Made by a program: the position numbers and the translations under genes. Of a DNA stretch of 64,000 nt, positions 46,078 to 55,216 are shown piece after piece; positions within the stretch are counted from its first letter, which is position 1, and each line of letters starts with the position of its first letter. A model generated the notes under the pieces. That model did no database searches. It saw only the letters and a list, made by a program, of their open reading frames with translations, and had not been told where the DNA came from. This DNA comes from Sphingobacteriaceae bacterium (lineage in GTDB: Bacteria; Bacteroidota; Bacteroidia; UBA7662). The DNA lies in assembly GCA_030682795.1 (NCBI GenBank), contig JAUXNJ010000009.1, forward strand, positions 8,582 to 72,581. Reading direction: 5' to 3'.

Positions 46078-47073
46078 ATGAAGATTCTATTCGCCGTACA
46101 AGGCACCGGCAATGGTCACGTGAGTCGTGCACGCGAGGTACTTCCTTTTTTAAAGCAGCATGGTGAGGTGTCGCTGCTTATTTCCGGCACCCAAGTAGAT
46201 GTAGGCAATGATATGCCCGTAAAGCACCGCCACCATGGACTCGGTTTTGTATTTGGTTCACATGGCGGTGTTGACATGGCGAAAACACTCAGGCAGCTCC
46301 GTCCGTGGACCTTTATAAAAGACCTGCGGAAACTGCCTTTACATCAATTTGACGTAATTATTAATGACTTTGAACCGTTAACGGCCTATGCGGCGAAAGC
46401 ACAGGGACGAAAAATATATGGTTTGAGTCATCAGAGCGCATTTTCATCTATGCTTGTTCCGCGCCCAGCTTATAAGCAAGATTTTTTGGCGGAATGGCTA
46501 TTTCGACATTACGCTCCATTCGAGGAGGCCACAGCATTTCATTTCAAAAAGTACGACTACTTTATCGAAACCCCGGTGATTCGGCAGGAAGTGCGGCAAC
46601 TTCAGCCCGGAGCGGGAGAACATGTAACTGTGTATCTTCCTGCTTATGCCGACGATTTTTTAATACGCCATTTAAGCAAATTACCGCAAGTAAGATGGGA
46701 GCTATTCAGTAAACATAGCCAAATCGCTTTCCAATACAAAAACATATGGGTGCGGCCAATCAACAACCAAAGCTATTTAGGATCTCTAGAAAACAGCCTT
46801 GGCTTGGTTACTGGAGGTGGCTTTGAGGCTCCTGCAGAAGCTTTTTTCTTAGGCAAGAAGGTATTCATGGTGCCTATGAGTAATCAATTTGAGCAACACT
46901 GTAACGTGGTAGCCGCTATGGCTTATGGTGCCGAAATGTGCTTACAAATTGATAACAGTTTTATACTAAAACTGCGCAATTGGCTTAGTTCGTCTGGGCA
47001 AGTTAAAATAGAATATCCCAACCACACTCAACAACTGATAGCAGCTGCATTACAGAAAGCGAGCAAATGGTAG
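46078..47073 (+). CDS. Glycosyltransferase (GT-B, MJ1255/MurG-like family)
   Basis: MKILFAVQGTGNGHVSRAREV N-terminus and C-terminal GGGFEAPAEA nucleotide-sugar motif. 3 nt downstream of the LpxH-like gene. Confidence 0.7.
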   Translation: MKILFAVQGTGNGHVSRAREVLPFLKQHGEVSLLISGTQVDVGNDMPVKHRHHGLGFVFGSHGGVDMAKTLRQLRPWTFIKDLRKLPLHQFDVIINDFEPLTAYAAKAQGRKIYGLSHQSAFSSMLVPRPAYKQDFLAEWLFRHYAPFEEATAFHFKKYDYFIETPVIRQEVRQLQPGAGEHVTVYLPAYADDFLIRHLSKLPQVRWELFSKHSQIAFQYKNIWVRPINNQSYLGSLENSLGLVTGGGFEAPAEAFFLGKKVFMVPMSNQFEQHCNVVAAMAYGAEMCLQIDNSFILKLRNWLSSSGQVKIEYPNHTQQLIAAALQKASKW

Positions 47074-47110
47074 CATAACTACAGATAGCGGATGTTACCA
47101 AGAGCCATCA

Positions 47111-47130
47111 AAATGAATTACAATTCATTT
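47111..47130. repeat. Perfect AT-rich inverted repeat AAATGAAT-TACA-ATTCATTT
   Basis: 8+8 bp inverted repeat in the 183-nt AT-rich spacer between the glycosyltransferase and the AraC-type regulator. It could be a weak terminator or an operator. Confidence 0.3.
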
Positions 47131-47184
47131 AAATAACAAAGTACTTTATATTTCGCTTTATAACAGGAGTTTATAAACTGTATA

Positions 47185-47192
47185 TAATTTTG
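47185..47192 (+). promoter_or_regulatory. Candidate -7 box (TAATTTTG)
   Basis: TAnnTTTG 64 nt upstream of the ATG at 47257. Confidence 0.3.
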
Positions 47193-47256
47193 TATAGACT
47201 GCTTTTTTGCCATTACGGCACATCTGCAGTACATTACTTCTTTATTTTTCTGCCCT

Positions 47257-48066
47257 ATGCATGCTATCAAAGCAACCATCAAACGGCTTCCGCTTCAAAC
47301 GTGCTTGCTTTTAGATCAGCTCGAACAAAACGAACGTAATACGGCTCTACTGAGCTATTTATTTAAGGCTGCTACACCAACCACAGTAGCGCTATCTGAC
47401 TTCGAAACAGTATTGGCAAAGTGTGAACACCATGATGTGATTATCATTACTGATAATTACATGGCCTTACAAGAAAAACTCCAAAGTCTGCACTTACAAC
47501 CGCTCTTAGCCAAGCACAGGTTTTACGTAGTTGCCCTGCAATACAGCGCTTCAGCAATCTGCTTTTCGCATACACCTCATCTAAGCTACATAAATTCGCT
47601 TGACTGTACTGTACGCCCACACCAAATCAAACTCGCTTTGCAAAAAGAGATAAGATTTATCAGAAAGAAAATTCTAAAAACCCTGATCGCCAGTTCGAAA
47701 CAAAAATCGCTTGAATCGAAAGCCCTAGGATCTAAAAATTTCCAATCGACCCTAAATTTTTTAGTTCACGCCTACTACACCAACGCCCAATTTACGACCC
47801 AAGACCTCGCTAAAATGATGGGGGTTTCCGTAAGTACATTAGAGCGCAAAACCTTTCAGTTAACTGGGAAAACACCCAAACAGTATCTATTAGAATACCG
47901 TCTTTTAAAAGCCAAAAACGATTTAATTACCAGCTTTAAAAAAATAGGCTACATCGCTAAATCCAACGGTTTTGCAACGGCCTCCTATTTTAGCATAAGT
48001 TTTTTCGAACGCTTTGGAATTACACCTTCTCAAGTAAGACAAAGCGCGGCCTCCTCTGCTGGCTAG
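47257..48066 (+). CDS. AraC-family transcriptional regulator with a receiver-like N-terminal domain
   Basis: C-terminal double HTH (FTTQDLAKMMGVSVSTLERK...YFSISFFERFGITPSQVR). The N-terminus resembles a CheY-like fold (HDVIIITDNYMA), but the acidic pair reads DQ rather than DD. Confidence 0.75.
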   Translation: MHAIKATIKRLPLQTCLLLDQLEQNERNTALLSYLFKAATPTTVALSDFETVLAKCEHHDVIIITDNYMALQEKLQSLHLQPLLAKHRFYVVALQYSASAICFSHTPHLSYINSLDCTVRPHQIKLALQKEIRFIRKKILKTLIASSKQKSLESKALGSKNFQSTLNFLVHAYYTNAQFTTQDLAKMMGVSVSTLERKTFQLTGKTPKQYLLEYRLLKAKNDLITSFKKIGYIAKSNGFATASYFSISFFERFGITPSQVRQSAASSAG

Positions 48067-48067
48067 T

Positions 48068-49294
48068 CTAAAGACTCATCACATATTCCTCTAGCGTCAT
48101 GCCATAAGGCAAGCCTAATTTTTTTCTTAACCTGTACCGTGTAACACTAACGCTCTGAGGCGAAATGGCTAAAGTGCGTGCTACATCCTTGGTGCCATAA
48201 TGAATACGTATCAAGCAAGCCAATTTTTCTTCTGACTTTGTAATCTCAGCATGGGCATAGCGAAGCTTGATCAAAAAACCGGGATAAATTTCACTGAAAT
48301 CCTTTTCAAAAGATTCCCAATCTTCTTGCGTCAATAACCGAACATTCCGCAAGGCTACCAAACGCTCAATTTTGGTTTCATCCACTAAAATTTCTTCGTC
48401 TGTTAGCGCTTCTCGACTCGTTAATGGAATTCCAAAAAAACCAGCTTTCCTCCCCTTTTCAGAAAGCACAGGGGATGGCATTGAAAACCCTTTTCCAGAC
48501 AAGGCCAGACTTTTCCATCGCGTTAGATAGAACAGGCCTATACCAGTGGCAACCAAAATAAAAACGACAATCCAAAAGGCCCACTGCCACCCACTTGCTG
48601 CTGCTTTCTTATTAGGGTTAATTGAAGCTAAAAACAATGAATCGCGCTGTGCCCGTAAGTGTGCACTTTTTACATTTAGGGACTGGTGCAATCGGTGAAA
48701 TTCGCGGTAATATTCCAATGCTTCTCCATGCAACTCTTGCAGCTGCTTTAGGTTCGACAAGGCATACAATATGTACAATCGGTATCGATCATCCATGGTG
48801 TGGCTGGCTATGGCCAAAGCTCTTCCAAACGCCTCAGCAGCAGCAGCATAAGCTCCGTTGTGCTGTTGCGCCGTACCTTTAAAATAAAGTGTATACCACA
48901 ATAGAATTGGATCGGGGTTTGTCCCTAGCGCCGCCATGGCCTGATCACATTCTTTTTCAACATTTGCATAGTTTCCTAGGAATAAGAAATGTTTTGCACG
49001 CAAAACGTGCAGGCGCATTAAATCATCAGCTGAAGCACTTGCAATTGAAAAATCATCTAAAACCTTTGAAAGAGCAGGTAATTCCTGCCACTCAACAGCT
49101 CTGTCATGCTCAGGGCACTCCAACCTGAAATCACACATAATTTGCCGCATCGAAAGCATCGTCCTCAGCGGACCATGGTGACAGGTCTGATCAGGCCCCC
49201 CTAGCATCTCCTCAAAACAACGGGTAGCTGCTAAGGCTTGAGCTGTTATTAGGCTCATCGCGACACAAAACCATATCTGTTTTAAAAACACCAT
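48068..49294 (-). CDS. Single-pass transmembrane regulator: periplasmic Cys-rich/TPR-like sensor + TM helix + C-terminal LuxR-like HTH
   Basis: Signal peptide, helical-repeat region, TM helix WQWAFWIVVFILVATGIGLFYL, and C-terminal EEKLACLIRIHYGTKDVARTLAISPQSVSVTRYRLRKKLG. Confidence 0.7.
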   Translation of the reverse strand: MVFLKQIWFCVAMSLITAQALAATRCFEEMLGGPDQTCHHGPLRTMLSMRQIMCDFRLECPEHDRAVEWQELPALSKVLDDFSIASASADDLMRLHVLRAKHFLFLGNYANVEKECDQAMAALGTNPDPILLWYTLYFKGTAQQHNGAYAAAAEAFGRALAIASHTMDDRYRLYILYALSNLKQLQELHGEALEYYREFHRLHQSLNVKSAHLRAQRDSLFLASINPNKKAAASGWQWAFWIVVFILVATGIGLFYLTRWKSLALSGKGFSMPSPVLSEKGRKAGFFGIPLTSREALTDEEILVDETKIERLVALRNVRLLTQEDWESFEKDFSEIYPGFLIKLRYAHAEITKSEEKLACLIRIHYGTKDVARTLAISPQSVSVTRYRLRKKLGLPYGMTLEEYVMSL

Positions 49295-49360
49295 CTTAAA
49301 CGAAAGTGAAAATTTACGGCCTACTAGACCACAATTCCAAATTAATAAAAAAAATGCGTT

Positions 49361-49396
49361 AAAAATGAAAAAGCCATGACTTAACAGGCCATGGCT
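49361..49396 (-). terminator. Rho-independent terminator after the 190-aa lipoprotein gene
   Basis: Stem AGCCATG/CATGGCT (49372-49378 and 49390-49396), followed on the minus strand by TTTTCATTTTT. Confidence 0.55.
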
Positions 49397-49419
49397 ACTT
49401 TCATCAAATTATACCTTTT

Positions 49420-49992
49420 TTACTGTTCTTCCTGGTGAAATTCCCATTTTCTAGCAGATCTATTGAAGCGATTGTGCTTGTCGGGGAATTCTATAAATTC
49501 TGCTTCGCTATTCATGGGTAAATACGGTTCCAACGATCTTCCCGCAAGCAGCTCTTGAAAAAGGAACATCGCCCTTTCAGTTAATACAGGCTCTTTTAAC
49601 TTAAATGTCCAGAAAATCTCTTCATAACTTTCCACAACATAGCTGTCCATGTCAACCTTTAATTTTCCAGCTATTGCAATGCGTTTGCCGTACAAACTTG
49701 GGGCAGGGCGATCCATCAAAAAATAAAATTCGCCATTAGCTGATGGGCTCAAGGCTCTGAATTTAAAATCAGGCAAAAGTTCATTATAATATTCTTGAAA
49801 CTGCGATTCGAACTTGGTTTCGTGTGTAGCCTTTCGAGGCAACTTAGCGAGGTACGGCAATATCCGCAACATCACGCTGTCTTGCTGCTCCATTGTCCAA
49901 TACTGCTCCGGACTTAGGTCAACTTCTTTCTTTGAGTTACAAGCAACTAAACCCGTCAAGAGCAAGGCAAAGAGGAGGATGTATTTCTTCAT
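49420..49992 (-). CDS. Hypothetical lipoprotein
   Basis: Lipobox LLTGLVAC. 190 aa. No family recognised. Confidence 0.6.
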   Translation of the reverse strand: MKKYILLFALLLTGLVACNSKKEVDLSPEQYWTMEQQDSVMLRILPYLAKLPRKATHETKFESQFQEYYNELLPDFKFRALSPSANGEFYFLMDRPAPSLYGKRIAIAGKLKVDMDSYVVESYEEIFWTFKLKEPVLTERAMFLFQELLAGRSLEPYLPMNSEAEFIEFPDKHNRFNRSARKWEFHQEEQ

Positions 49993-50007
49993 GGGTTAAA
50001 AATAAGA

Positions 50008-50040
50008 AGACTTGCGACCAAAAGCCGCAAGTCTCTTTTT
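50008..50040 (-). terminator. Hairpin terminator (T-rich on both sides) after the 479-aa lipoprotein gene
   Basis: 9-bp stem AGACTTGCG/CGCAAGTCT (50008-50016 and 50026-50034). Confidence 0.6.
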
Positions 50041-50055
50041 GTATTCAATTAATGC

Positions 50056-51495
50056 TTAGTAGTTTTCGCCTTGTGGGTAGAAAGATGCCCAACCGTCAGT
50101 CCAGTCTGAACCGCCGAATGCACCGCGGAAAGAAACTGTTTCGAAGAAGCCTCCAGCCAATTTGCTGTCTGCAAAGTTGCTTCCTGACTGCGTAATACCG
50201 GTGAAGGTTGCAAAGTTAGGGTTTCTAGGATAGTCCAAGAAAGTGTAGCGATAGCCCATTACGAGATCAGGATTTACACCTGCATCCTGGAAGGCCTTAG
50301 AGAAGGTCTTTCCTTCAACGGTAATGCCTGTTCCATCAGTGAAGGTGCTGTTGTTGTTAGCTTCCCAATAAGCACGTACGCTAGCATTATCATTGCCTGT
50401 ACCAGCCGCAAAAGGAGCAGCGTTGCCACGAGCACCAATAGCTACCATGATGTTATTAGCTACTTTACCTGTTCCAGCAGTATACTGCGCTTCAGTAGTT
50501 GCACCGTCTAAGCGGAAACCCGTAGGGAAACCAGTTACAACTGAGTTGAAGATGGAGATGGCAGTTCTGCGACGGAGGTGGAACGCATGCTGATAGTTTG
50601 CAGAATGTTGGTTACCGGCAGACTTCAATGAGTCGTGACGTGGACCCAATACCGTTACATTAGAGAAGATGCCTGAAGTGTATGGCTGTACATCGTTACC
50701 GCCTGCTTCGTTATCACACTCCCAACCGTTTGAACCAGATTGGTCAGCACCAAATGGATCGCGAATGGCCAAACCAAACTGTACTTTACCAGACCAGCCG
50801 AAGTCACAATCAAAATCATCATCCCAAGTGCCGTAAGACACGAGATACTTGCCATTATTAGTGCCGCCGAACCACTCAAAGCCATCGTCACCACCATAAG
50901 AAACCTGACAATATTCCATTGTTGTGCCGCTACCAACACCACCCATGGTGATTGAGTTGGTTTCGTTGTTAGGAGATAAGGCAATGCCAGCGTATTCAAC
51001 ACGAACGTAACGCAATGTACCTGAGCTCTCAGTGTCAAAAGCAGTACTTTGGAAAGTTCCAAAAGTAGCAGCCGGTGTAATGCCTTCAATGGCTGGACTA
51101 TTTTGGTTACAGTTGGCACGACCTAAAATGATCAAACCGCCCCAATCGCCTTTATCGCGCTCACCTGGCTCTTGGGCCGAAGTCATAACGATAGGCGCAT
51201 TAGCCGTACCGTTGGCTTCAATTTTACCACCTTTGTCAATTACCAGGGTGCCTTTGCTGCGCTTTTCACCTAAAATCACTGTTCCTGCAGGAATGGTTAG
51301 TACCTGTCCGTCACGTACGAAAGTCGTACCACGTATGAGATACTTTTTGGTTGCGTCAAGCGTGCGAGTCGTCAAATTACCTTCTAATACTACTAAGGTA
51401 TCGGTTGGGGTTGGATCCGGCTCGGGACCTTTACAAGCATTTAATGCAATTACTGCCACCGACAATAAAAATGCACTTTTGAAGAGTTTGTTCAT
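50056..51495 (-). CDS. Large conserved-looking lipoprotein, possibly right-handed beta-helix; partner of the upstream TonB-dependent receptor
   Basis: Lipobox VIALNAC. Gly/Asn/Thr-rich repetitive beta composition. Distinctive YGGDDGFEWFGGTNNGKY and GWECDNEAGGND motifs. 479 aa. Not SusD-like (not helical/TPR). Confidence 0.65.
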   Translation of the reverse strand: MNKLFKSAFLLSVAVIALNACKGPEPDPTPTDTLVVLEGNLTTRTLDATKKYLIRGTTFVRDGQVLTIPAGTVILGEKRSKGTLVIDKGGKIEANGTANAPIVMTSAQEPGERDKGDWGGLIILGRANCNQNSPAIEGITPAATFGTFQSTAFDTESSGTLRYVRVEYAGIALSPNNETNSITMGGVGSGTTMEYCQVSYGGDDGFEWFGGTNNGKYLVSYGTWDDDFDCDFGWSGKVQFGLAIRDPFGADQSGSNGWECDNEAGGNDVQPYTSGIFSNVTVLGPRHDSLKSAGNQHSANYQHAFHLRRRTAISIFNSVVTGFPTGFRLDGATTEAQYTAGTGKVANNIMVAIGARGNAAPFAAGTGNDNASVRAYWEANNNSTFTDGTGITVEGKTFSKAFQDAGVNPDLVMGYRYTFLDYPRNPNFATFTGITQSGSNFADSKLAGGFFETVSFRGAFGGSDWTDGWASFYPQGENY

Positions 51496-51517
51496 TTCGT
51501 TTTGTTTGAATTTGCCT

Positions 51518-51525
51518 CAAAAGTA
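51518..51525 (-). promoter_or_regulatory. Candidate -7 box (TACTTTTG) for the 479-aa lipoprotein gene
   Basis: TAnnTTTG on the minus strand, 22 nt upstream of the ATG at 51495. Confidence 0.4.
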
Positions 51526-51615
51526 GGGGGCCAATATGACCCAATTGTTAAGGAGTTGTGAAGAGTTGATAAAGAAACATAAGCGCGGCTTACAATTATA
51601 AATATGTGATTATCA

Positions 51616-51642
51616 AACAAAAAGCCCGATAAATCGGGCTTT
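51616..51642 (-). terminator. Rho-independent terminator after the TonB-dependent receptor gene
   Basis: Stem AGCCCGA/TCGGGCT with a 4-nt loop. The minus strand continues TTTTTGTTTG. Confidence 0.7.
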
Positions 51643-51668
51643 TATAGTTTCTGCTATGTTTTTATTTC

Positions 51669-54467
51669 TCAAAGACGGAAAACAAAGGATCCGCTCCATA
51701 TTACGCCTCTGCGGAAGTGCATAATTTGATCGTCGGGACTGGTGCCATTGTAATCGAATTCGATTTTGCCATTGCGGTCGGTGTCTTGCACCAACAAAGT
51801 TCTAGCGTTGAAAATATTGCTGATCCCAAACTTCACATCCATACGGGCATTCAGCTTTTTGGTCATTACCAAATCGAGCATGTGGCGAGGTAATTCGTAC
51901 ACCGTTGGGAAGTTATCATTTCCGACAAAGAAGATGCGCGGACCAGAAACGTTGTAAAGCAAACTCATGCTGTTGCCACGATCATCGTCGCGGTAATGCA
52001 AGCCTGCATTAACCACATAAGGCGACTGCCCTTGCAACGGACGAATCTGCTCCTGAGCGAGCTCTCCTTCTCCACCTAAATCTACCTGCGTATAAATGTA
52101 AGACGCATTCGCCACCAAGAAGAAGCGGCTAATGAAAGACTTCGAACTCACGTCTCCGAGCGATTTGCGTACTTCCACTTCCGCTCCAAAGTTTTCAGCA
52201 GAAACAGCATTGTCGAGTTTAAACTGCTGACTCAAACCCACCGACTGTACATAGGTTTCGATTGGATTTCGGAAGCTCTTGTAAAAAACACCTACGCTGA
52301 AAGTTTCATTGTTTTGGGGATACATCTCCCAGCGCAAATCGATGTTTTGAATGTCAGACTGAATCAGGTTAGGTTCACCTACAAAATTCACGTCGTATTT
52401 AAAGTTGTAATAAAGAAAAGGAGCCAACTCGCGCAATTCAGGGCGGTTTACGGTACGACTGTAAGCCACGCGCACCAACATTTTATCGTTCACGGCATAC
52501 GATAAGTTGGCAAAAGGCATGGGTGTAGGGTAATTGTTGTTGATGTTTAGCGGCTCGGTTTGGGTAGCACTGTTGAGCTGCTGGTTAAAATATTCGAAGC
52601 GAAAGCCGGTAGAAAGGTTGAAACGCCCCATTGGAATGTCGGCAGCGGCATAGGCTGCAGCCAAGGTGGTGTTGGCGTCGTATCGGTCAGAAGGGTTGGT
52701 GCCTTCAATCAGTCGCCATCCGTTTACACGGCTGATGTTGGCCGGATCAAATACTTGGTCGATAGGCAATTGCACCAAGCGGGTTTTTTCGGTTGGGTCG
52801 CCAAAGCCAGGATAGGCGTACGACATCCAGCGAGCTTCAAAAGTCCGGTATTTATAATCGAAATAAGTGCCCGCTTTCAAAGTGATTGTTTCTTTCTTTT
52901 CGGGATTGCCGAGCTTGCGCTCAAAGGCAAGGCTATTGCTGCCACCAAACTCATACAAGCGAGAAAAGAAGCGGGCGTTGTCGAAAAGCGCTGCCCCGGG
53001 CGGGTCAATAATGGTGTAAGGCGCGTTAGGATTGTCGATTGGTCTTGTGCTGCGTACCCGGCGAAAGTCGGGCTCGTTTCGGGTCACATACGATCCACCG
53101 GCAATCCATACAAATTTACTGCGCTTGTCGGCCGAAAAGTGCTCCCCTTCGAACTGAGAAGTAGCGATAGTGCGGCTGAGGTACTGAAAGCTGTAGTTCA
53201 AATACTCATCCCCCAAGCGTTGCTGGGGTTCAATGCCTCGACGAATGATGGTGCTGCGTTCGCCAATTTGATTGAAGGTATTGCGCCAAGTGTAGCGGTT
53301 TCGGCTGTTGGCAACAATGCTGAAGTTACTAATGATACCTACGCGAACCTCGGTTTCCATCTGTTGGTCTGTGTAGTCAAACATCAACTCCCGGTCTGCG
53401 GTCCATCTATTACGCTCTACTTCGAGGTGCTGCTGGCTTTGGCCATAATTTACAGAGGTAAGATTGGAAGCCTTCTTGCCAAACATTTTAAAGTTACGAC
53501 CGATGGTAATGCCCATTTTGAAATCTGGCATGGTAAGCTCGTTGTTCACTTGAAAATTGTTGGCCAAGGTTTTACCAGCGGCTTCTACCTGATCGGCATT
53601 GAGGTCGTTGAGGTTAGAGGCGAAATCACTAGGTAATGATCTGCCTCGATCGAAGCCTAAAAAATCAGTTTTACCCGCACGATTTACCTGGAAGCTGTTA
53701 AAAGTAGTGCCATGCCGGTATCCCATGCCCACATTTACTTCCGTGATGTCGTATTCAGGGGCAGTTTTGGTGTAGAGCTTGATTACCCCTCCGGCAAAAT
53801 CACCAGGCAAATCGGCTGAACCGGATTTGTAAATCAACATGCGGTCCATTACCGAACTTGGAATAAGGTCGAAAGAAAAAGAACGCGAATCAGGCTCTGT
53901 ACTCGGAGTCGAAATGCCATTGAGCATCACGTTATTGTATCGCTGACCCAAACCACGAATCATCACAAAGCTATTGTCTACAATAGTTACGCCAGGAACG
54001 CGAGAAGCTACTTGTGCAGCATCTTTGTCGGGCGAACGTGAAATTTCTTGGCTCGATACCCCGGAAACTACTTGGGTGGCTTGTTTTACTTCCATTAACA
54101 CCGCAGCTTCAGTATAAGTAATCCGCTCAGCCTGAATTTCTACCGCAGCTAATTCTGCCACGTCTTCTTGTAAGGTAATGTTAAGATTGGCCACTTGTCC
54201 TGCTACCACCTGCACCTGTAACTCTTTCGGCTTAAATGAAATGTAAGAAACATATACAGTATATGTTCCAGGCTTTACATTACCAATGTTGTATTTACCA
54301 TCAAAATCAGTAGAGGCGCCAATGTTGCTTCCTTTGATAATTACGTTCACGCCAATGAGGGGCATTTTCGATTCATCAGTAACTACACCTTTAATGCCCC
54401 CGTTTTGTGCAAAGGCAGTGGTAGTAGCAAACAAAAAAAGAATTAGTGAGCGTAAAATTGGTCGCAT
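51669..54467 (-). CDS. TonB-dependent receptor with N-terminal carboxypeptidase-regulatory-like domain
   Basis: Signal peptide, GIKGVVTDESKMPLIGVNVIIKGSNIGASTDFDGKY (CarboxypepD_reg), plug motifs VPGVTIVDNSFVMIRGLGQRYNNVMLNG, and a long beta-barrel. 932 aa. Confidence 0.9.
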   Translation of the reverse strand: MRPILRSLILFLFATTTAFAQNGGIKGVVTDESKMPLIGVNVIIKGSNIGASTDFDGKYNIGNVKPGTYTVYVSYISFKPKELQVQVVAGQVANLNITLQEDVAELAAVEIQAERITYTEAAVLMEVKQATQVVSGVSSQEISRSPDKDAAQVASRVPGVTIVDNSFVMIRGLGQRYNNVMLNGISTPSTEPDSRSFSFDLIPSSVMDRMLIYKSGSADLPGDFAGGVIKLYTKTAPEYDITEVNVGMGYRHGTTFNSFQVNRAGKTDFLGFDRGRSLPSDFASNLNDLNADQVEAAGKTLANNFQVNNELTMPDFKMGITIGRNFKMFGKKASNLTSVNYGQSQQHLEVERNRWTADRELMFDYTDQQMETEVRVGIISNFSIVANSRNRYTWRNTFNQIGERSTIIRRGIEPQQRLGDEYLNYSFQYLSRTIATSQFEGEHFSADKRSKFVWIAGGSYVTRNEPDFRRVRSTRPIDNPNAPYTIIDPPGAALFDNARFFSRLYEFGGSNSLAFERKLGNPEKKETITLKAGTYFDYKYRTFEARWMSYAYPGFGDPTEKTRLVQLPIDQVFDPANISRVNGWRLIEGTNPSDRYDANTTLAAAYAAADIPMGRFNLSTGFRFEYFNQQLNSATQTEPLNINNNYPTPMPFANLSYAVNDKMLVRVAYSRTVNRPELRELAPFLYYNFKYDVNFVGEPNLIQSDIQNIDLRWEMYPQNNETFSVGVFYKSFRNPIETYVQSVGLSQQFKLDNAVSAENFGAEVEVRKSLGDVSSKSFISRFFLVANASYIYTQVDLGGEGELAQEQIRPLQGQSPYVVNAGLHYRDDDRGNSMSLLYNVSGPRIFFVGNDNFPTVYELPRHMLDLVMTKKLNARMDVKFGISNIFNARTLLVQDTDRNGKIEFDYNGTSPDDQIMHFRRGVIWSGSFVFRL

Positions 54468-54676
54468 TTGGACTTTGAAATTTGTGCAAAGGACTACTTC
54501 TCATATTATGATAATGTTAATTCGGTGTAAACAAATAGTCAAATGCCCTCCAGCCCGCTAAACACTAAACGCCTCACAGCAAATAAGTTGGAAGCGCGCA
54601 TTGCCTGTGAAAAAAGCGGCCAAATGGCGCAACTTCTTTGAAAAACAATATCTTCGTAGGATAAAACCTAAATAAA

Positions 54677-55168
54677 ATGAAAAGAATACTCTTGTTAGGT
54701 CTGTTGACCGGCTTTTTATTCGCTGGCTGCAAGAAAAAAGAAACCCCTAAAACCCCAGAAGAAATTTACTCTGAACGACTGGATGGTAATTGGAACTTAG
54801 CCTCTTTGACGTATACAGCATCGGTTCCTGTTCCTGTGTTTGGGTTAGTTCCCATCAATGGCACAAGTGCTAATGCTGGCCGCATCACCTTTAACCACAG
54901 TGCCAAAACGGCTAATTACGACATCCGTTTTTTACCAAACATTCCTGCTATTCCTGGTATTGCTGTTGACACCATTCGTTTAAATGGTAACGGAACTTAT
55001 ACCAATACCACTACCAACATCACTTTAACTGAAACAAGTGGACAAGTATTGGTATTTAGCGTAGTGGCAAACGAAGCCACTTTGCAGTTATTGAATACGC
55101 AACTGAACTATCAACTCGATAGCGTAACCACCGTTCCGGTAAGTATGCAAATGCGTTTGAGCAAATAA
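54677..55168 (+). CDS. Hypothetical lipoprotein
   Basis: Lipobox FLFAGC. Beta-rich. 163 aa. No family recognised. Confidence 0.6.
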   Translation: MKRILLLGLLTGFLFAGCKKKETPKTPEEIYSERLDGNWNLASLTYTASVPVPVFGLVPINGTSANAGRITFNHSAKTANYDIRFLPNIPAIPGIAVDTIRLNGNGTYTNTTTNITLTETSGQVLVFSVVANEATLQLLNTQLNYQLDSVTTVPVSMQMRLSK

Positions 55169-55187
55169 TTTACTTTTAAAAAGCTTT

Positions 55188-55216
55188 AGGCCTGTGTAAC
55201 CCCACAGGCCTTTTTT
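55188..55216 (+). terminator. Rho-independent terminator
   Basis: 9-bp stem AGGCCTGTG/CACAGGCCT with a 6-nt loop, followed by T6. Confidence 0.8.

Noticed and set aside
52560-53636. A 358-aa ORF on the plus strand inside the TonB-dependent receptor gene
   Set aside because: It is fully antisense to a well-supported 932-aa receptor gene. Its translation is low-complexity, Val/Gly/Ala-rich, and has no recognisable motif. This is the kind of long antisense ORF that appears by chance opposite long genes. The same reasoning applies to 25859-26365(-), 33813-34355(+), 37375-37923(+), 23937-24407(-), 16204-16605(-) and 2143-2559(+).
54468-54676. A possible riboswitch (for example cobalamin) in the 209-nt leader of the TonB-dependent receptor
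   Set aside because: I could not find the conserved cores of the cobalamin, TPP, SAM or FMN riboswitches by eye, and no convincing multi-stem structure. A covariance-model scan (Rfam/Infernal) would be needed to exclude one formally.
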